64,000 nt of DNA from an uncultured Solirubrobacterales bacterium (GTDB lineage Bacteria; Actinomycetota; Thermoleophilia; Solirubrobacterales; Solirubrobacteraceae), in the NCBI GenBank assembly GCA_963757165.1, contig CAVWQO010000002.1, forward strand, positions 375,143 to 439,142. Reading direction: 5' to 3'. The notes beneath the pieces are model-generated. The model was not told where the DNA came from and ran no database searches. It was given only the letters and a program-made list of their open reading frames with translations. Made by a program: the position numbers and the translations under genes. Below are positions 18,069-27,476 of this stretch, one piece after another. Within the stretch, counting starts at the first letter, position 1. Every line of letters starts with the position of its first letter.

Positions 18069-19748
18069 ATGGCCGAACCGTTCGACCTCAAACATCGCAG
18101 CCGCGCCTTGACCGAGGGACCGGAGCGCGCGCCCGCGCGCGCGTACCTGAAGGGCATCGGCTACGACGACGAGGCGCTCAGCAAACCGTTGATCGCCGTG
18201 GCCAACACGTGGATCGAGACGATGCCGTGCAACTTCCACCTACGCGCGCTGTCCGCCAAGGTCAAGGACGGCATCCGGGCAGCCGGCGGCACGCCGATGG
18301 AGCTGAACACGATCGCCATCTCCGACGGCATCACCATGGGCACTCCGGGGATGCGCGCCTCGCTGGTCAGCCGGGAAGTGATCGCCGACTCAATCGAGCT
18401 CGTTTGCGACGCCCACATGTTTGACGCGGTGATCACGATCAGCGGTTGCGACAAGACGATTCCCGGCACCGTGATGGCGCTGTGCCGGCTCAACGTGCCC
18501 AGCCTGATGCTCTATGGAGGCTCGATCCTGCCCGGACACCTCAACGGCGAGCAGGTGACGATTCAGGAGGTGTTCGAGGCGGTCGGCGCTCATGCCGCCG
18601 GCACGATCACCGATCAGCAGCTGACCGAGGTCGAGGATGCCGCCTCGCCAGGCGCAGGCGCTTGCGGGGGCCAGTTCACCGCCAACACGATGGCCATGGC
18701 CTTCGAGGTGATGGGCATCTCACCGGCCGGCTTCTCGATGGTCCCAGCGGTCGACCCGCGCAAGGCCGATGTCGCCCGCCGAGCCGGAGCGCTGGTCATG
18801 GATGTGCTGACCCGCGGTCAGCGACCGAGCGACATCATCACCCGTGACAGCCTGGAGAACGCGATTGCCGCAATCGCGTGCAGCGGCGGATCCACCAACG
18901 GCGTCCTGCATCTCCTGGCTGTGGCCAAGGAAATGGGGGTTGAGCTCTCGATCGATGACTTCGACCGGATCAGCGAGCGCACGCCGCTGCTGTGCGACCT
19001 GAAGCCCGGAGGGCAGTACGTGGCTCCCGACCTCTACCGGGCAGGCGGGGTTCCCCTGGTGATGAAGCGGTTGAGTGAGGCCGGTCTGCTTCACGGCAGT
19101 GCCCAGACCGTGACCGGCCAGACGGTGGGGGAGATCGCCGATGCGGCTGAGGAGGAAGCGGGCCAGCGCGTCGTGCGAGCACTTGATGACCCGATCAAGG
19201 AGACCGGCGGGCTGGCCATCCTGCGTGGCAACATCGCGCCCGAGGGTTGCGTGGTCAAGCTGGCGGGCTACGAGCGGCGCAAGCAGTCCGGGCCGGCGCG
19301 GGTCTTCGAGTCCGAGGAGGACGCGATGCACGCGGTCACCGCCGGCGAGATCAACGCCGGAGACATCGTGGTCATCCGCAACGAGGGTCCGGCGGGCGGT
19401 CCCGGGATGCGGGAGATGCTGGCCGTGACCGCAGCGCTCGTAGGTCAGGGTCTGGGCGAACACGTCGCTCTGCTCACCGATGGCCGCTTCTCCGGCGCTA
19501 CCCGCGGGCTGATGGCCGGGCATGTCGCTCCCGAGGCGGCGCGCGGCGGGCCGATCGCCGCGCTGCGCGACGGCGACGAGATCACCCTCGATGTGGAGAC
19601 CCGGCGCTTGGATGTCGCCCTTTCCGACGAGGAGATCGCCACTCGCGTTCGGGCATATCAGTCTCCCGAGCAGCCTTACCCGGGCCCGGCCCTGGCCAAG
19701 TACGCCCGTCTGGTGTCAAGCGCTGCCGAGGGCGCTGTCACGCGGTAG
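18069..19748 (+). CDS. ilvD: dihydroxy-acid dehydratase
   Basis: [53 protein letters not shown] and [11 protein letters not shown] are canonical IlvD/Edd motifs. Confidence 0.95.
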   Translation: MAEPFDLKHRSRALTEGPERAPARAYLKGIGYDDEALSKPLIAVANTWIETMPCNFHLRALSAKVKDGIRAAGGTPMELNTIAISDGITMGTPGMRASLVSREVIADSIELVCDAHMFDAVITISGCDKTIPGTVMALCRLNVPSLMLYGGSILPGHLNGEQVTIQEVFEAVGAHAAGTITDQQLTEVEDAASPGAGACGGQFTANTMAMAFEVMGISPAGFSMVPAVDPRKADVARRAGALVMDVLTRGQRPSDIITRDSLENAIAAIACSGGSTNGVLHLLAVAKEMGVELSIDDFDRISERTPLLCDLKPGGQYVAPDLYRAGGVPLVMKRLSEAGLLHGSAQTVTGQTVGEIADAAEEEAGQRVVRALDDPIKETGGLAILRGNIAPEGCVVKLAGYERRKQSGPARVFESEEDAMHAVTAGEINAGDIVVIRNEGPAGGPGMREMLAVTAALVGQGLGEHVALLTDGRFSGATRGLMAGHVAPEAARGGPIAALRDGDEITLDVETRRLDVALSDEEIATRVRAYQSPEQPYPGPALAKYARLVSSAAEGAVTR

Positions 19749-19880
19749 CGCGTGGGCATCGCGGGCTCCACTTGGACCCGCCGCCCTGCCTAACACGATG
19801 TTCAGCTGGCTGGGGTTAGCCTTGCACCGGAAACCAGTGGGCGCGGCGTCGGGGCCGGCCCCGAAATAGGAGGGATACTC

Positions 19881-20360
19881 GTGAGACTCACTCGACTGAC
19901 CGTCGGCGCCAGCGCCGCGATGGCCGTTGCCGCCGGGTCTGTGCTGGCCGCCGGCGCCGTCGGAGCCAAGAGCGCCGGGAGGCCGGATACGGGCACCGCG
20001 TACGTCGCGAACACGCCCAAGAAGGGCAGCTACGTCTACGCCGCGGGCTATAACCAGGACAAGATCCTCGGTAACGGATCGATTCTGTACGTGATCAAGG
20101 CGACTCCGTCCACGCCCGGCACGATCTCCGTCAAAACCAAGTCGGTGACGCTCTACACCGCCACGGGCTCGCTCTCCGGCACGGCCACGGCGACGCTGAC
20201 GCAGGCGGCGAACGGCAGCTCGACCATTTCGGCCGGCAAACTGTCCCTCACCAAGGGGGCTGGCTCGCTCAAGGGTCACAGCCTGGTGGGCACGTTTACT
20301 GGCAAGGGCAACATCACCACGCTGGCGTTCGTGTTCACGTACAAGGCGACCTACAAGTAG
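19881..20360 (+). CDS. small secreted hypothetical protein
   Basis: GTG start 8 nt after a GGAGGG SD. Signal-peptide-like N-terminus (MRLTRLTVGASAAMAVAAGSVLAAGAVGA), then a Thr/Ser/Gly/Lys-rich, beta-strand-like 130-aa domain. GC looks lower than in neighbouring genes. A GC-rich hairpin follows the stop. Confidence 0.65.
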   Translation: MRLTRLTVGASAAMAVAAGSVLAAGAVGAKSAGRPDTGTAYVANTPKKGSYVYAAGYNQDKILGNGSILYVIKATPSTPGTISVKTKSVTLYTATGSLSGTATATLTQAANGSSTISAGKLSLTKGAGSLKGHSLVGTFTGKGNITTLAFVFTYKATYK

Positions 20361-20496
20361 CTCGCGGACTGTGGGCGGGGCGCGCGGAGCAGCGTCCCGC
20401 CCCCAGCGGCACGCCCCCGGACGCTTCCCGCCCCACCGGCCTGCCCCAGGCCCGTCCTGCCTGCCCCAACGCGTCGCGGGTGCCAGAATCGCCGCG

Positions 20497-21402
20497 ATGG
20501 AGGATTCTGAGGCGAACGATTCGCAGACCGGAAGGGATCCGGAGACGGGCGCGACGGTCGAATTCTCACTCCCGGCGGCCCCCGACGGACGTCTGCCGGC
20601 CCGGATCGAGGACCTACGCGAGCAGCTGCCCGGGCTCGAGCCCGACCGGCAGGTGACCGATTGGGGTCGCTCCGAGCGTCTGGAGAGTGCGGTTGACCGG
20701 ACCGTCTATGACTTTCTCTACCACCTGTGGTTCCGCGTAGAGGTTGAGGGAATCGAAAACCTCCCTGAGGACGGCGGTGCGCTGCTGGTGGCGAACCATT
20801 CCGGAATCGTGCCCTCCGACGGCGCGATGATCGCCAAGGCCGTTCGTGAGGAGCATCCTCGCTCACGGTCGGTGCACGTGAGCACCGACGGATCCCTGAC
20901 TGGAATCCCCGGGCTCGGCATGCTCGCGACCAAGCTGGGCGCCGTGGCCGGACACCCGGCCAACCTGCATCGCCTTCTCTACGACGAGCGGGCGCTCGTC
21001 CTCACGTTCCCCGAGGGGCCCCCGGGCGCCCGCAAGCCGATCAGGCAGCGCTACCTGCTTCGTTCCTTCCAGGAGTCCGGGTTCGTAAGCACCGCGATGC
21101 GTGCGAGTGTCCCGATCGTGCCGATCGCCGTGCTCGGGGCTGAGGAGGCCTCGCCCGTGTTCGCCCGGTTCGGCCCGCTACGGCGCCTGACTGGGCTGCC
21201 TGGCCTGCCTGTCGGGCCCGGGTTCCCCTTGCCGGCGAAGTTCAGGATCAGGTTCCTGGAACCGGTGCGCAGCTGGGACCCCGCGGACGAGCCCTGGCGG
21301 GACGGACAGATGGTGCAGTCGCTCGGCGCCGACGTGAGGGCGCTGATCCAGGAGAACCTGCTCGAGATGGTGGGAGCGCGTCGCAGTGTCTGGCTCGGGT
21401 AG
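20497..21402 (+). CDS. lysophospholipid (PlsC-family) acyltransferase
   Basis: ORF 20371..21402 is trimmed to the ATG at 20497 (MEDSEANDS). Acyltransferase blocks LLVANHSGIVPSDG, LTFPEGPPG and VPIVPIAVLGAEE. Confidence 0.7.
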   Translation: MEDSEANDSQTGRDPETGATVEFSLPAAPDGRLPARIEDLREQLPGLEPDRQVTDWGRSERLESAVDRTVYDFLYHLWFRVEVEGIENLPEDGGALLVANHSGIVPSDGAMIAKAVREEHPRSRSVHVSTDGSLTGIPGLGMLATKLGAVAGHPANLHRLLYDERALVLTFPEGPPGARKPIRQRYLLRSFQESGFVSTAMRASVPIVPIAVLGAEEASPVFARFGPLRRLTGLPGLPVGPGFPLPAKFRIRFLEPVRSWDPADEPWRDGQMVQSLGADVRALIQENLLEMVGARRSVWLG

Positions 21403-21441
21403 CGCAACGCACGGCTTGGGTAGCCGTCTGCACGACCGACC

Positions 21442-22725
21442 ATGACCTCACGACGAATTCTCATCACCGGAGTCTCATCCCAGTTGGGAGGACGCCTCGC
21501 CCAAGCCCTCGAGCGCGATCCGGCTGTGGAGGCCATCGTCGGCGTGGACGCCACCGATCCGCGTCATGAGCTCCAGCGGACCGAGTTCGTCAGGTTGGAG
21601 ACCGACCCCGCGCTACTGCGTCGGATCCTGAGTGCCGCGGCGATTGACACCGTGATCGACACCCGGTTGGTGTCCGATCCCCTGCTCGCCCCGCTGAGCC
21701 AAGCCCGTGAGATCAACGTGATCGGTACGCGGAGGATCCTCGCCGCCTGTGCCGCGGAGGGGTCTTCGGTACGGAAGGTGGTGTTCAAGTCCTCGGCTCA
21801 CCTGTACGGCTGCGACCCCGGTGACCCAGCCTTCCTGACCGAAGCGATGTCTGATCGTCGCGCGCCGCAGACCGCCCTGGAGCGGGACGTCCTCGACGCC
21901 GAGGCGGAATTGTCGGCCTTCACGAGCTCTCGTCCCCAGGTGACGGTGACGATTCTCCGGTTCGCCGACGCCATCGGGGGTGAGCTGCATTCGTCGTATC
22001 TGTCGCTGCTGAACCTGCCCATGGTCCCGTCGATCCTCGGGTTCGACCCGCGGTGCCAGTTCATTCATCAGGACGACGTCGTCGCGGCGCTGGCCCACGC
22101 GGCCAGGCTGGAGTTGCCGGGCGTGTACAACGCGGCCGCCGACGGGGTGCTGGCGTTCTCGGAGGTGGTGTCACTGCTGGGAAAGCGGTTGCTACCGGTG
22201 CTGCCGCCATGGGGGACGGTGTTCGCGGCCGCCCAGCTGCGCCGCCTCGGCCTGCCTGTCCCGCTTGAGATGCTCCGCCAACTGCGCTCCGGCCGCGGGC
22301 TGGACAACCGCCGACTGAAGGCCACCGGGTTCTTGTATCGGTACACGACGCGTGAAGCGGTACTGAAGCTCCGCGCCCATCAACGGCTGCGGCCACTGCT
22401 CGGCAGCGGCGACGGCGCCTACCGCTACGAGCGAGAAGTGGAGGAGTTCCTCCGTCGGAGCCCGAGTGTCCAGCCGCGGGCGGCGGACCCGCGGGCAGAC
22501 GGGACCCGCGGGGGTGTCGACGGGCGTGGCGGCGATCACCGATCACAGCAGGCGGGCCTGTACGACGATTTGAGCGAGGCGGAGCTGATCGAGATCATCT
22601 CCTCGTTGGAGACCGAGGCACTCATGCGCCTGCGCCATTACGAGACGCGGCATGGCGGTCGGCGCGGGGTCCTCCAAGCCCTCGATCGCAACCTCGCCCG
22701 GCGGGAGAGCGATCGGCAAAGCTGA
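21442..22725 (+). CDS. NAD-dependent epimerase/dehydratase (extended SDR) with a ~90-aa C-terminal extension
   Basis: N-terminal Rossmann motif ILITGVSSQLGGRLAQAL and an SDR-like core. The C-terminal tail includes a helical segment DLSEAELIEIISSLETEALMRLRHYE. Confidence 0.7.
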   Translation: MTSRRILITGVSSQLGGRLAQALERDPAVEAIVGVDATDPRHELQRTEFVRLETDPALLRRILSAAAIDTVIDTRLVSDPLLAPLSQAREINVIGTRRILAACAAEGSSVRKVVFKSSAHLYGCDPGDPAFLTEAMSDRRAPQTALERDVLDAEAELSAFTSSRPQVTVTILRFADAIGGELHSSYLSLLNLPMVPSILGFDPRCQFIHQDDVVAALAHAARLELPGVYNAAADGVLAFSEVVSLLGKRLLPVLPPWGTVFAAAQLRRLGLPVPLEMLRQLRSGRGLDNRRLKATGFLYRYTTREAVLKLRAHQRLRPLLGSGDGAYRYEREVEEFLRRSPSVQPRAADPRADGTRGGVDGRGGDHRSQQAGLYDDLSEAELIEIISSLETEALMRLRHYETRHGGRRGVLQALDRNLARRESDRQS

Positions 22726-22840
22726 GCAGGATTGCAGCCTGAGCGGGTGAAAGACATCTTGCAGACCCCCGGAATCCGTCCGAGGCGATGCTTGATCGAT
22801 CGAGCACCGGTTACCATCCGCAAGCTGAGGAGCTCTGTCA

Positions 22841-24508
22841 GTGGCGCGTGTCTCATACCTTCGCCCTGCGGTCAAACCGGAACGGTCGGCACTGAAGCCC
22901 CGGGACTGGTTGACCGGGGCAACCAGCCCAAGCCGGCGTGGACGCTTCGCGGCCGGAGGCGCCCTGCTGCTCGTGCTGATCCTGGGTGCCGGCGCGGCGC
23001 TGGTGTTCACCTCCGCGCACGCCAGCATCAGCTCCGACCCTGAGGCGCTGGCCCGCATCAGCATGCCGCTGGGAGGAGGAACGATCACCCGGGTGAGCGT
23101 GGTCACGGGACCGCACAGCCGCCAGATTCCGGTGGATCTCCGCGGCCATCAGATCTGGCCCCGCAAGCTGATCCCGGCTCACCAGCTGCTGCTCATCGAC
23201 GTGATCGTCAAGCGCCCGGGCTGGATCGCCTGGCTGGCCGGCAAGAACGAGCATCTGCATCTGACACTGATGACGCCGAGCGCCAGCCTGCGTCAGCACT
23301 ACCTCACCCTCAGACCCGGTGCGCCGGTGCTCCTGAGGTTCAAAGCGCCGGTGCAGGCGATCTCCTATGGGCTCCCTGGGCAGCTCGTACGACGCGTCCT
23401 GGCCAAGCCGCTGACTGAGATCCGGCTGCACCGCACGGGGGTGGCGGGCACGATCTCCGTCGCGGCCGTCCCACGGCGTTGGGAGACATCAGCACCAGCG
23501 GTGGTCAGCTGGTTCCCCGCGGGTGCGGCCGCAGCCGCCGTGGCCACTCCCGCTCCCGGCACGCCGATTCTCCCGCACACCAAGATCACCCTGACCTTCT
23601 CGAAGTCCGTGCAGAAGGCACTCGGCAGCAGCCGTCCGCCCGTCTCACCGGCTACCCCCGGGGCCTGGCATCCGGTCAACAGCCACACCATCAGCTTCGT
23701 GCCTGGAGGCAGTGGCTACGGCTTGGGGGCCACCGTCAGCATCGCGTTGCCGGGCGGCGTCCGGCTCGTCGGGGGCCAGCAGGCCGGGGCCAACGCGAGC
23801 GGGTCCTGGAAAGTCCCCGGCGGAACGACGGCCCGCCTGCAGCAGCTGCTGTCCGGGCTGGGCTACCTGCCGCTGAAATTCGTCTCCACGACTAGCGTGC
23901 CGTTGACCGTGGACGCCCAGGAGACAGCCGCGATTCATCCCCCCTCGGGACACTTTGACTGGCGCTACGGCAACGTCCCGGATTCGCTGCGCAGCCAGTG
24001 GTCACCCGGCACCGACGGTGTCATGACCAAGGGCGCCCTGATGGCCTTTCAGAACGACCACGGCCTGGCCACCGACGGCGTCGCGGGGACGACGGTTTGG
24101 CGCTCGCTGATTCAGGCGACGGTGGACGGCAAGGGCTCGACGTTTGGCTACTCGTACGTCAGTGTCAGCCTGGCCGGCCAGCACCTCAGCGTCTGGCACA
24201 GCGGTCGCACCGTGGCCACGGCAGCGGTCAACACGGGAATCTCCTCGGCGCCCACCGCCAGCGGCACGTATCCCGTGTTCGAGCACATCCCCTCAGGGAC
24301 GATGAGCGGCACCAACCCCGACGGCAGCCACTACAACGATCCTGGCATCCAGTACATCAGCTACTTCAACGGCGGCGACGCGCTGCACGCCTTCACGCGG
24401 GCGCAGTACGGTTTTCCGCAGAGCCTCGGCTGCGTGGAAATGGCCCTCGGACCCGCCGGGCAGGTGTACCCGTACACCCCAATTGGAACGCTGGTTCACG
24501 TCGCTTAG
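22841..24508 (+). CDS. L,D-transpeptidase with a peptidoglycan-binding domain
   Basis: GTG start 9 nt after GAGGAG. N-terminal TM segment, PG_binding_1-like segments (LQQLLSGLGYLP..., ALMAFQNDHGLATDGVAGTTVWRSL), and a C-terminal YkuD domain with the catalytic motif HAFTR...PQSLGCVEM. Confidence 0.85.
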   Translation: MARVSYLRPAVKPERSALKPRDWLTGATSPSRRGRFAAGGALLLVLILGAGAALVFTSAHASISSDPEALARISMPLGGGTITRVSVVTGPHSRQIPVDLRGHQIWPRKLIPAHQLLLIDVIVKRPGWIAWLAGKNEHLHLTLMTPSASLRQHYLTLRPGAPVLLRFKAPVQAISYGLPGQLVRRVLAKPLTEIRLHRTGVAGTISVAAVPRRWETSAPAVVSWFPAGAAAAAVATPAPGTPILPHTKITLTFSKSVQKALGSSRPPVSPATPGAWHPVNSHTISFVPGGSGYGLGATVSIALPGGVRLVGGQQAGANASGSWKVPGGTTARLQQLLSGLGYLPLKFVSTTSVPLTVDAQETAAIHPPSGHFDWRYGNVPDSLRSQWSPGTDGVMTKGALMAFQNDHGLATDGVAGTTVWRSLIQATVDGKGSTFGYSYVSVSLAGQHLSVWHSGRTVATAAVNTGISSAPTASGTYPVFEHIPSGTMSGTNPDGSHYNDPGIQYISYFNGGDALHAFTRAQYGFPQSLGCVEMALGPAGQVYPYTPIGTLVHVA

Positions 24509-24549
24509 TGGGTCGCGGCGCGCAACACTCCGGTGGGGCTCGCTGAAAA

Positions 24550-25587
24550 GTGCGTAGCCGGTCGTTTGTCGCCGTCGCCCTGACGCTGTTTCTCTTGCTC
24601 GCCGGTGGGGCCGCGGTGCTGGCCTATGACTCCGCTCAGCGAGACAAGATCGCCAGCGGGATCAGGATCGGCGGTCTCGACGTCGGCGGGCTGAGCGCAG
24701 CGCAGGCGCGGACCCGCCTGCGGACGGTGTTCCAGTCCCGCCTGCACCGGAAGATCGTGCTGCGCTACGGCGCGCAGCGCTTCGTGCTGCGCGCGGAAGC
24801 GGCGAGAGTCAAGCTCGACTTTCGCGGCGCCGTCGGACAGGCCCTGCAGCGCAGCCGCGACGGCAACCTGCTGAGCCGCGTGGCGCGCGGGTTGACCGGC
24901 GGAGACGTCCACGCCAGCTTCGAACCGCAGGTTCACTTTTCGACCTCCGCGGTAGCCCGGTTCACTGCCCGCATCGCCCGCGCGATCGACCAGCCGGCCC
25001 GCAGCGCAGCGATCTCCTTCTCCGCGTCGAGCCTTGGTGTCGTTTCCTCCCAACGCGGGCGAATGGTGCGTTCCGGTGAATTGCAGAGCCGGATCGAGGC
25101 GGCGCTCGGGAACTCCTTCGGCCCGAGCACGCTCCGGGTGCCGGTCACGGTGACGATCCCGACGGTCAGCACCCAGACGCTCGCCGTGCAGTATCCGACC
25201 GTGATCACCGTCGACCGAAGCGCGTTCACGTTGCGTCTGTTCAAGCACCTGCGACTCGTCAAGAGCTACCGGATCGCCGTGGGGATGGCCGGCTTGGACA
25301 CGCCGGCCGGTCTGTACCACATCCAGGACAAGCAGATCGATCCGTCCTGGCACGTGCCCAACAGCGCGTGGGCCGGATCGCTGGCCGGCCAGACCATCCC
25401 TCCCGGCCCGGCGGACCCGCTCAAGGCACGGTGGATGGGCATCTTCAACGGCGCCGGGATCCACGGGACGGACGCGCTGAGCTCGCTTGGCTCGGCGGCG
25501 TCGCACGGCTGCATCAGGATGGCGATTCCAGACGTCATCGAGCTCTATTCGCAGACTCCGCTCGGCGCGCCGGTCTACATCATCTGA
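24550..25587 (+). CDS. L,D-transpeptidase (YkuD domain)
   Basis: N-terminal TM segment and a C-terminal YkuD domain: VGMAGLDTPAGLY.I..K...P.W..P, and GIHGTDALSSLGSAASHGCIRM (catalytic SHGC[I/V]R). Confidence 0.85.
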   Translation: MRSRSFVAVALTLFLLLAGGAAVLAYDSAQRDKIASGIRIGGLDVGGLSAAQARTRLRTVFQSRLHRKIVLRYGAQRFVLRAEAARVKLDFRGAVGQALQRSRDGNLLSRVARGLTGGDVHASFEPQVHFSTSAVARFTARIARAIDQPARSAAISFSASSLGVVSSQRGRMVRSGELQSRIEAALGNSFGPSTLRVPVTVTIPTVSTQTLAVQYPTVITVDRSAFTLRLFKHLRLVKSYRIAVGMAGLDTPAGLYHIQDKQIDPSWHVPNSAWAGSLAGQTIPPGPADPLKARWMGIFNGAGIHGTDALSSLGSAASHGCIRMAIPDVIELYSQTPLGAPVYII

Positions 25588-25624
25588 AGGTTGGCGCCGG
25601 CCGGCGCCGAATAGCGAGAGGCTG

Positions 25625-26572
25625 ATGCCCGCAGCGCAAGCCACTCCTGCCCCGTCGCGACCAATCGCCGAGCCGTGGCGTTCGGTGCTGACCGACTTCG
25701 ACCAGGACCTGCGCCGGCGTGCCGTAGCGGAGAAGACCCGGCGCGCCTACGGGATCGACGCGGGCCAGTTCGCCGCCTGGGCGACGGCTGAAAACGTCGA
25801 GCCGGCTGCGGTGAACGTGCGCATCCTGCGCCGCTACGCCGCCGGCCTGTCCGAGCACGGTCACGCGCCCTCGACGGTCGCGCGCAAGCTTGCTGCGTTG
25901 CGCGGGCTGTTCCGGACACAGGTGGAGCTCGGGGTGCGGGGCGACAATCCCGCAGATTTGCTCACTTCGCCTAAGCGGCCGCAGCGTCTGCCGCGGGTCC
26001 TGCGCGCGGAGGAGGTGACCGCGCTTCTGGACCGGATCCCGGCGAGCACGCCGCTGGAGTTGCGTGACCGCGCCCTGTTCGAACTGGCCTACGCCTCGGG
26101 CCTGCGAGCCGAAGAACTCGTGTCGCTCGACCTCGAGTCCGTGGACTTCGACTCGGAGAGCGTGCGCGTGGAAGGCAAGGGTCAGAAGACGCGGATCGTG
26201 CCGGTCGGAGAGCACGCGTTGCGCGCTATCGAGCGTTACCTGGCCCGCGCGCGCTCAGCGCTCGACGACGCGGGAGCGGGCTCCCGGGCACTGTTTCTGT
26301 CGAAGTCCGGGCGGCGGCTCGGAACTTCCGACGTCAGACGCCGGTTGCGTACGTGGGCCAGACACGCGGTGGTGCATGCGCCCGCACTCGCCGATGCCCA
26401 TCCCCACGCGCTCCGGCATTCGTTCGCCACGCATCTACTCGAAGGAGGCGCCGACTTGCGAGCGATTCAAGAGCTCCTCGGCCACGCAACCATCTCCACT
26501 ACGCAGGTCTACACTCGGGTAGAGTCGGCGCGCCTGAAGTCAGCCTACGCAAACGCGCACCCACGCGCGTAG
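25625..26572 (+). CDS. xerC: tyrosine recombinase XerC
   Basis: ORF 25487..26572 is trimmed to the ATG at 25625. Core-binding domain (EKTRRAYGIDAGQF), and catalytic residues in ELAYASGLRAEEL, HALRHSFATHLLEGGADLRAIQELLGHATISTTQVYT. It follows comM-dprA, in the conserved xerC neighbourhood. Confidence 0.88.
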   Translation: MPAAQATPAPSRPIAEPWRSVLTDFDQDLRRRAVAEKTRRAYGIDAGQFAAWATAENVEPAAVNVRILRRYAAGLSEHGHAPSTVARKLAALRGLFRTQVELGVRGDNPADLLTSPKRPQRLPRVLRAEEVTALLDRIPASTPLELRDRALFELAYASGLRAEELVSLDLESVDFDSESVRVEGKGQKTRIVPVGEHALRAIERYLARARSALDDAGAGSRALFLSKSGRRLGTSDVRRRLRTWARHAVVHAPALADAHPHALRHSFATHLLEGGADLRAIQELLGHATISTTQVYTRVESARLKSAYANAHPRA

Positions 26573-26580
26573 CGAGGGCC

Positions 26581-27372
26581 CTGGGGGACACACTGAAAAC
26601 CAACGTCAAAGCGATCGAGCTCCAAGACCTGTGGAGGCGGTACAAGACCGCGGGGGAGGAGCGTGCGCGCGAACGGCTGGTGGTGGCCTACTCCCCGCTG
26701 GTCAAATACGTTGCCGGTCGCATGAGCTCAGGCCTGCCCGCGCATGTCGAGGAGGCGGATCTCATCTCCTACGGACTCGGCGGCTTGATCTCCGCGATCG
26801 AGCGCTTCGAACTCGAACGCGAGATCAAGTTCGAGACCTACGCGATCACGCGCATCCGCGGCGCGATCATCGACGAGCTGCGCACACTCGACTGGGTGCC
26901 GCGGTCGGTCCGAGCGCGCGCTCGAGAGATCGAACGCGTGAACATGAAGCTCGAGGCAAAGCTGCAGCGTGCGCCGACGGATGAGGAGATGTCCGGAGCG
27001 TTGGAGATGAGCATGGAGGAGTTCCACGAGGCGCTGCTCCAGATCTCCAACTCCACGATCGTTGCGCTCGACGAGCTCTGGAGCGTTTCGGACTCCTCCG
27101 GAGACCAGGTCTCCCTGCTCGACACGCTGCCCGACCGCGGCGCGCCGGATCCTCAGGCGCTGGTCGACCAGGGCGAGCTGCGCGACCGCATCGCCGACGC
27201 CATCGCCGCGCTTCCCGAGCGGGAGAAGCTGGTGATCGCGCTCTACTACTACGAGAACCTGACCCTTCGTGAGATCGGCGAAGTCCTCGGCGTGACCGAG
27301 TCCCGCGTCTCTCAGCTGCACACGAAGGCCGTGCTGCGGCTGCGCTCCAAGCTCCAGGGCGAGTTCGACTAG
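26581..27372 (+). CDS. whiG: RNA polymerase sigma factor WhiG/FliA (sigma-28 family); start codon unresolved
   Basis: Near-collinear with my recollection of Streptomyces WhiG: LWRRYK.....RERL...YSPLVKYVAGR, EREIKFETYAITRIRGAIIDELR.LDW.PRSVR, and LYYYENLTLREIGEVLGVTESRVSQLHTKAVL.LR.KL. The coordinates begin at the in-frame CTG at 26581. The only canonical upstream start is GTG 26353. Confidence 0.85.
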   Translation: MGDTLKTNVKAIELQDLWRRYKTAGEERARERLVVAYSPLVKYVAGRMSSGLPAHVEEADLISYGLGGLISAIERFELEREIKFETYAITRIRGAIIDELRTLDWVPRSVRARAREIERVNMKLEAKLQRAPTDEEMSGALEMSMEEFHEALLQISNSTIVALDELWSVSDSSGDQVSLLDTLPDRGAPDPQALVDQGELRDRIADAIAALPEREKLVIALYYYENLTLREIGEVLGVTESRVSQLHTKAVLRLRSKLQGEFD

Positions 27373-27476
27373 CGGCGGGTCCGCGGTCGGCAACCCGTCC
27401 CGCCAGAACCCGTCGCGCATACGACCCCCAAGCGGTAAGGTCGCGTCTTCGGCGTCCGAACAGAGAGGAGTCTGGT

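Noticed and set aside
25625-26572. XerC (and XerD at 42289..43242) considered as integrases of a mobile element.
   Set aside because: Both show the XerC/XerD-specific motifs and sit in their conserved housekeeping neighbourhoods (after comM-dprA, and after pyrG-NUDIX). No att-like repeats or phage or plasmid genes flank them.
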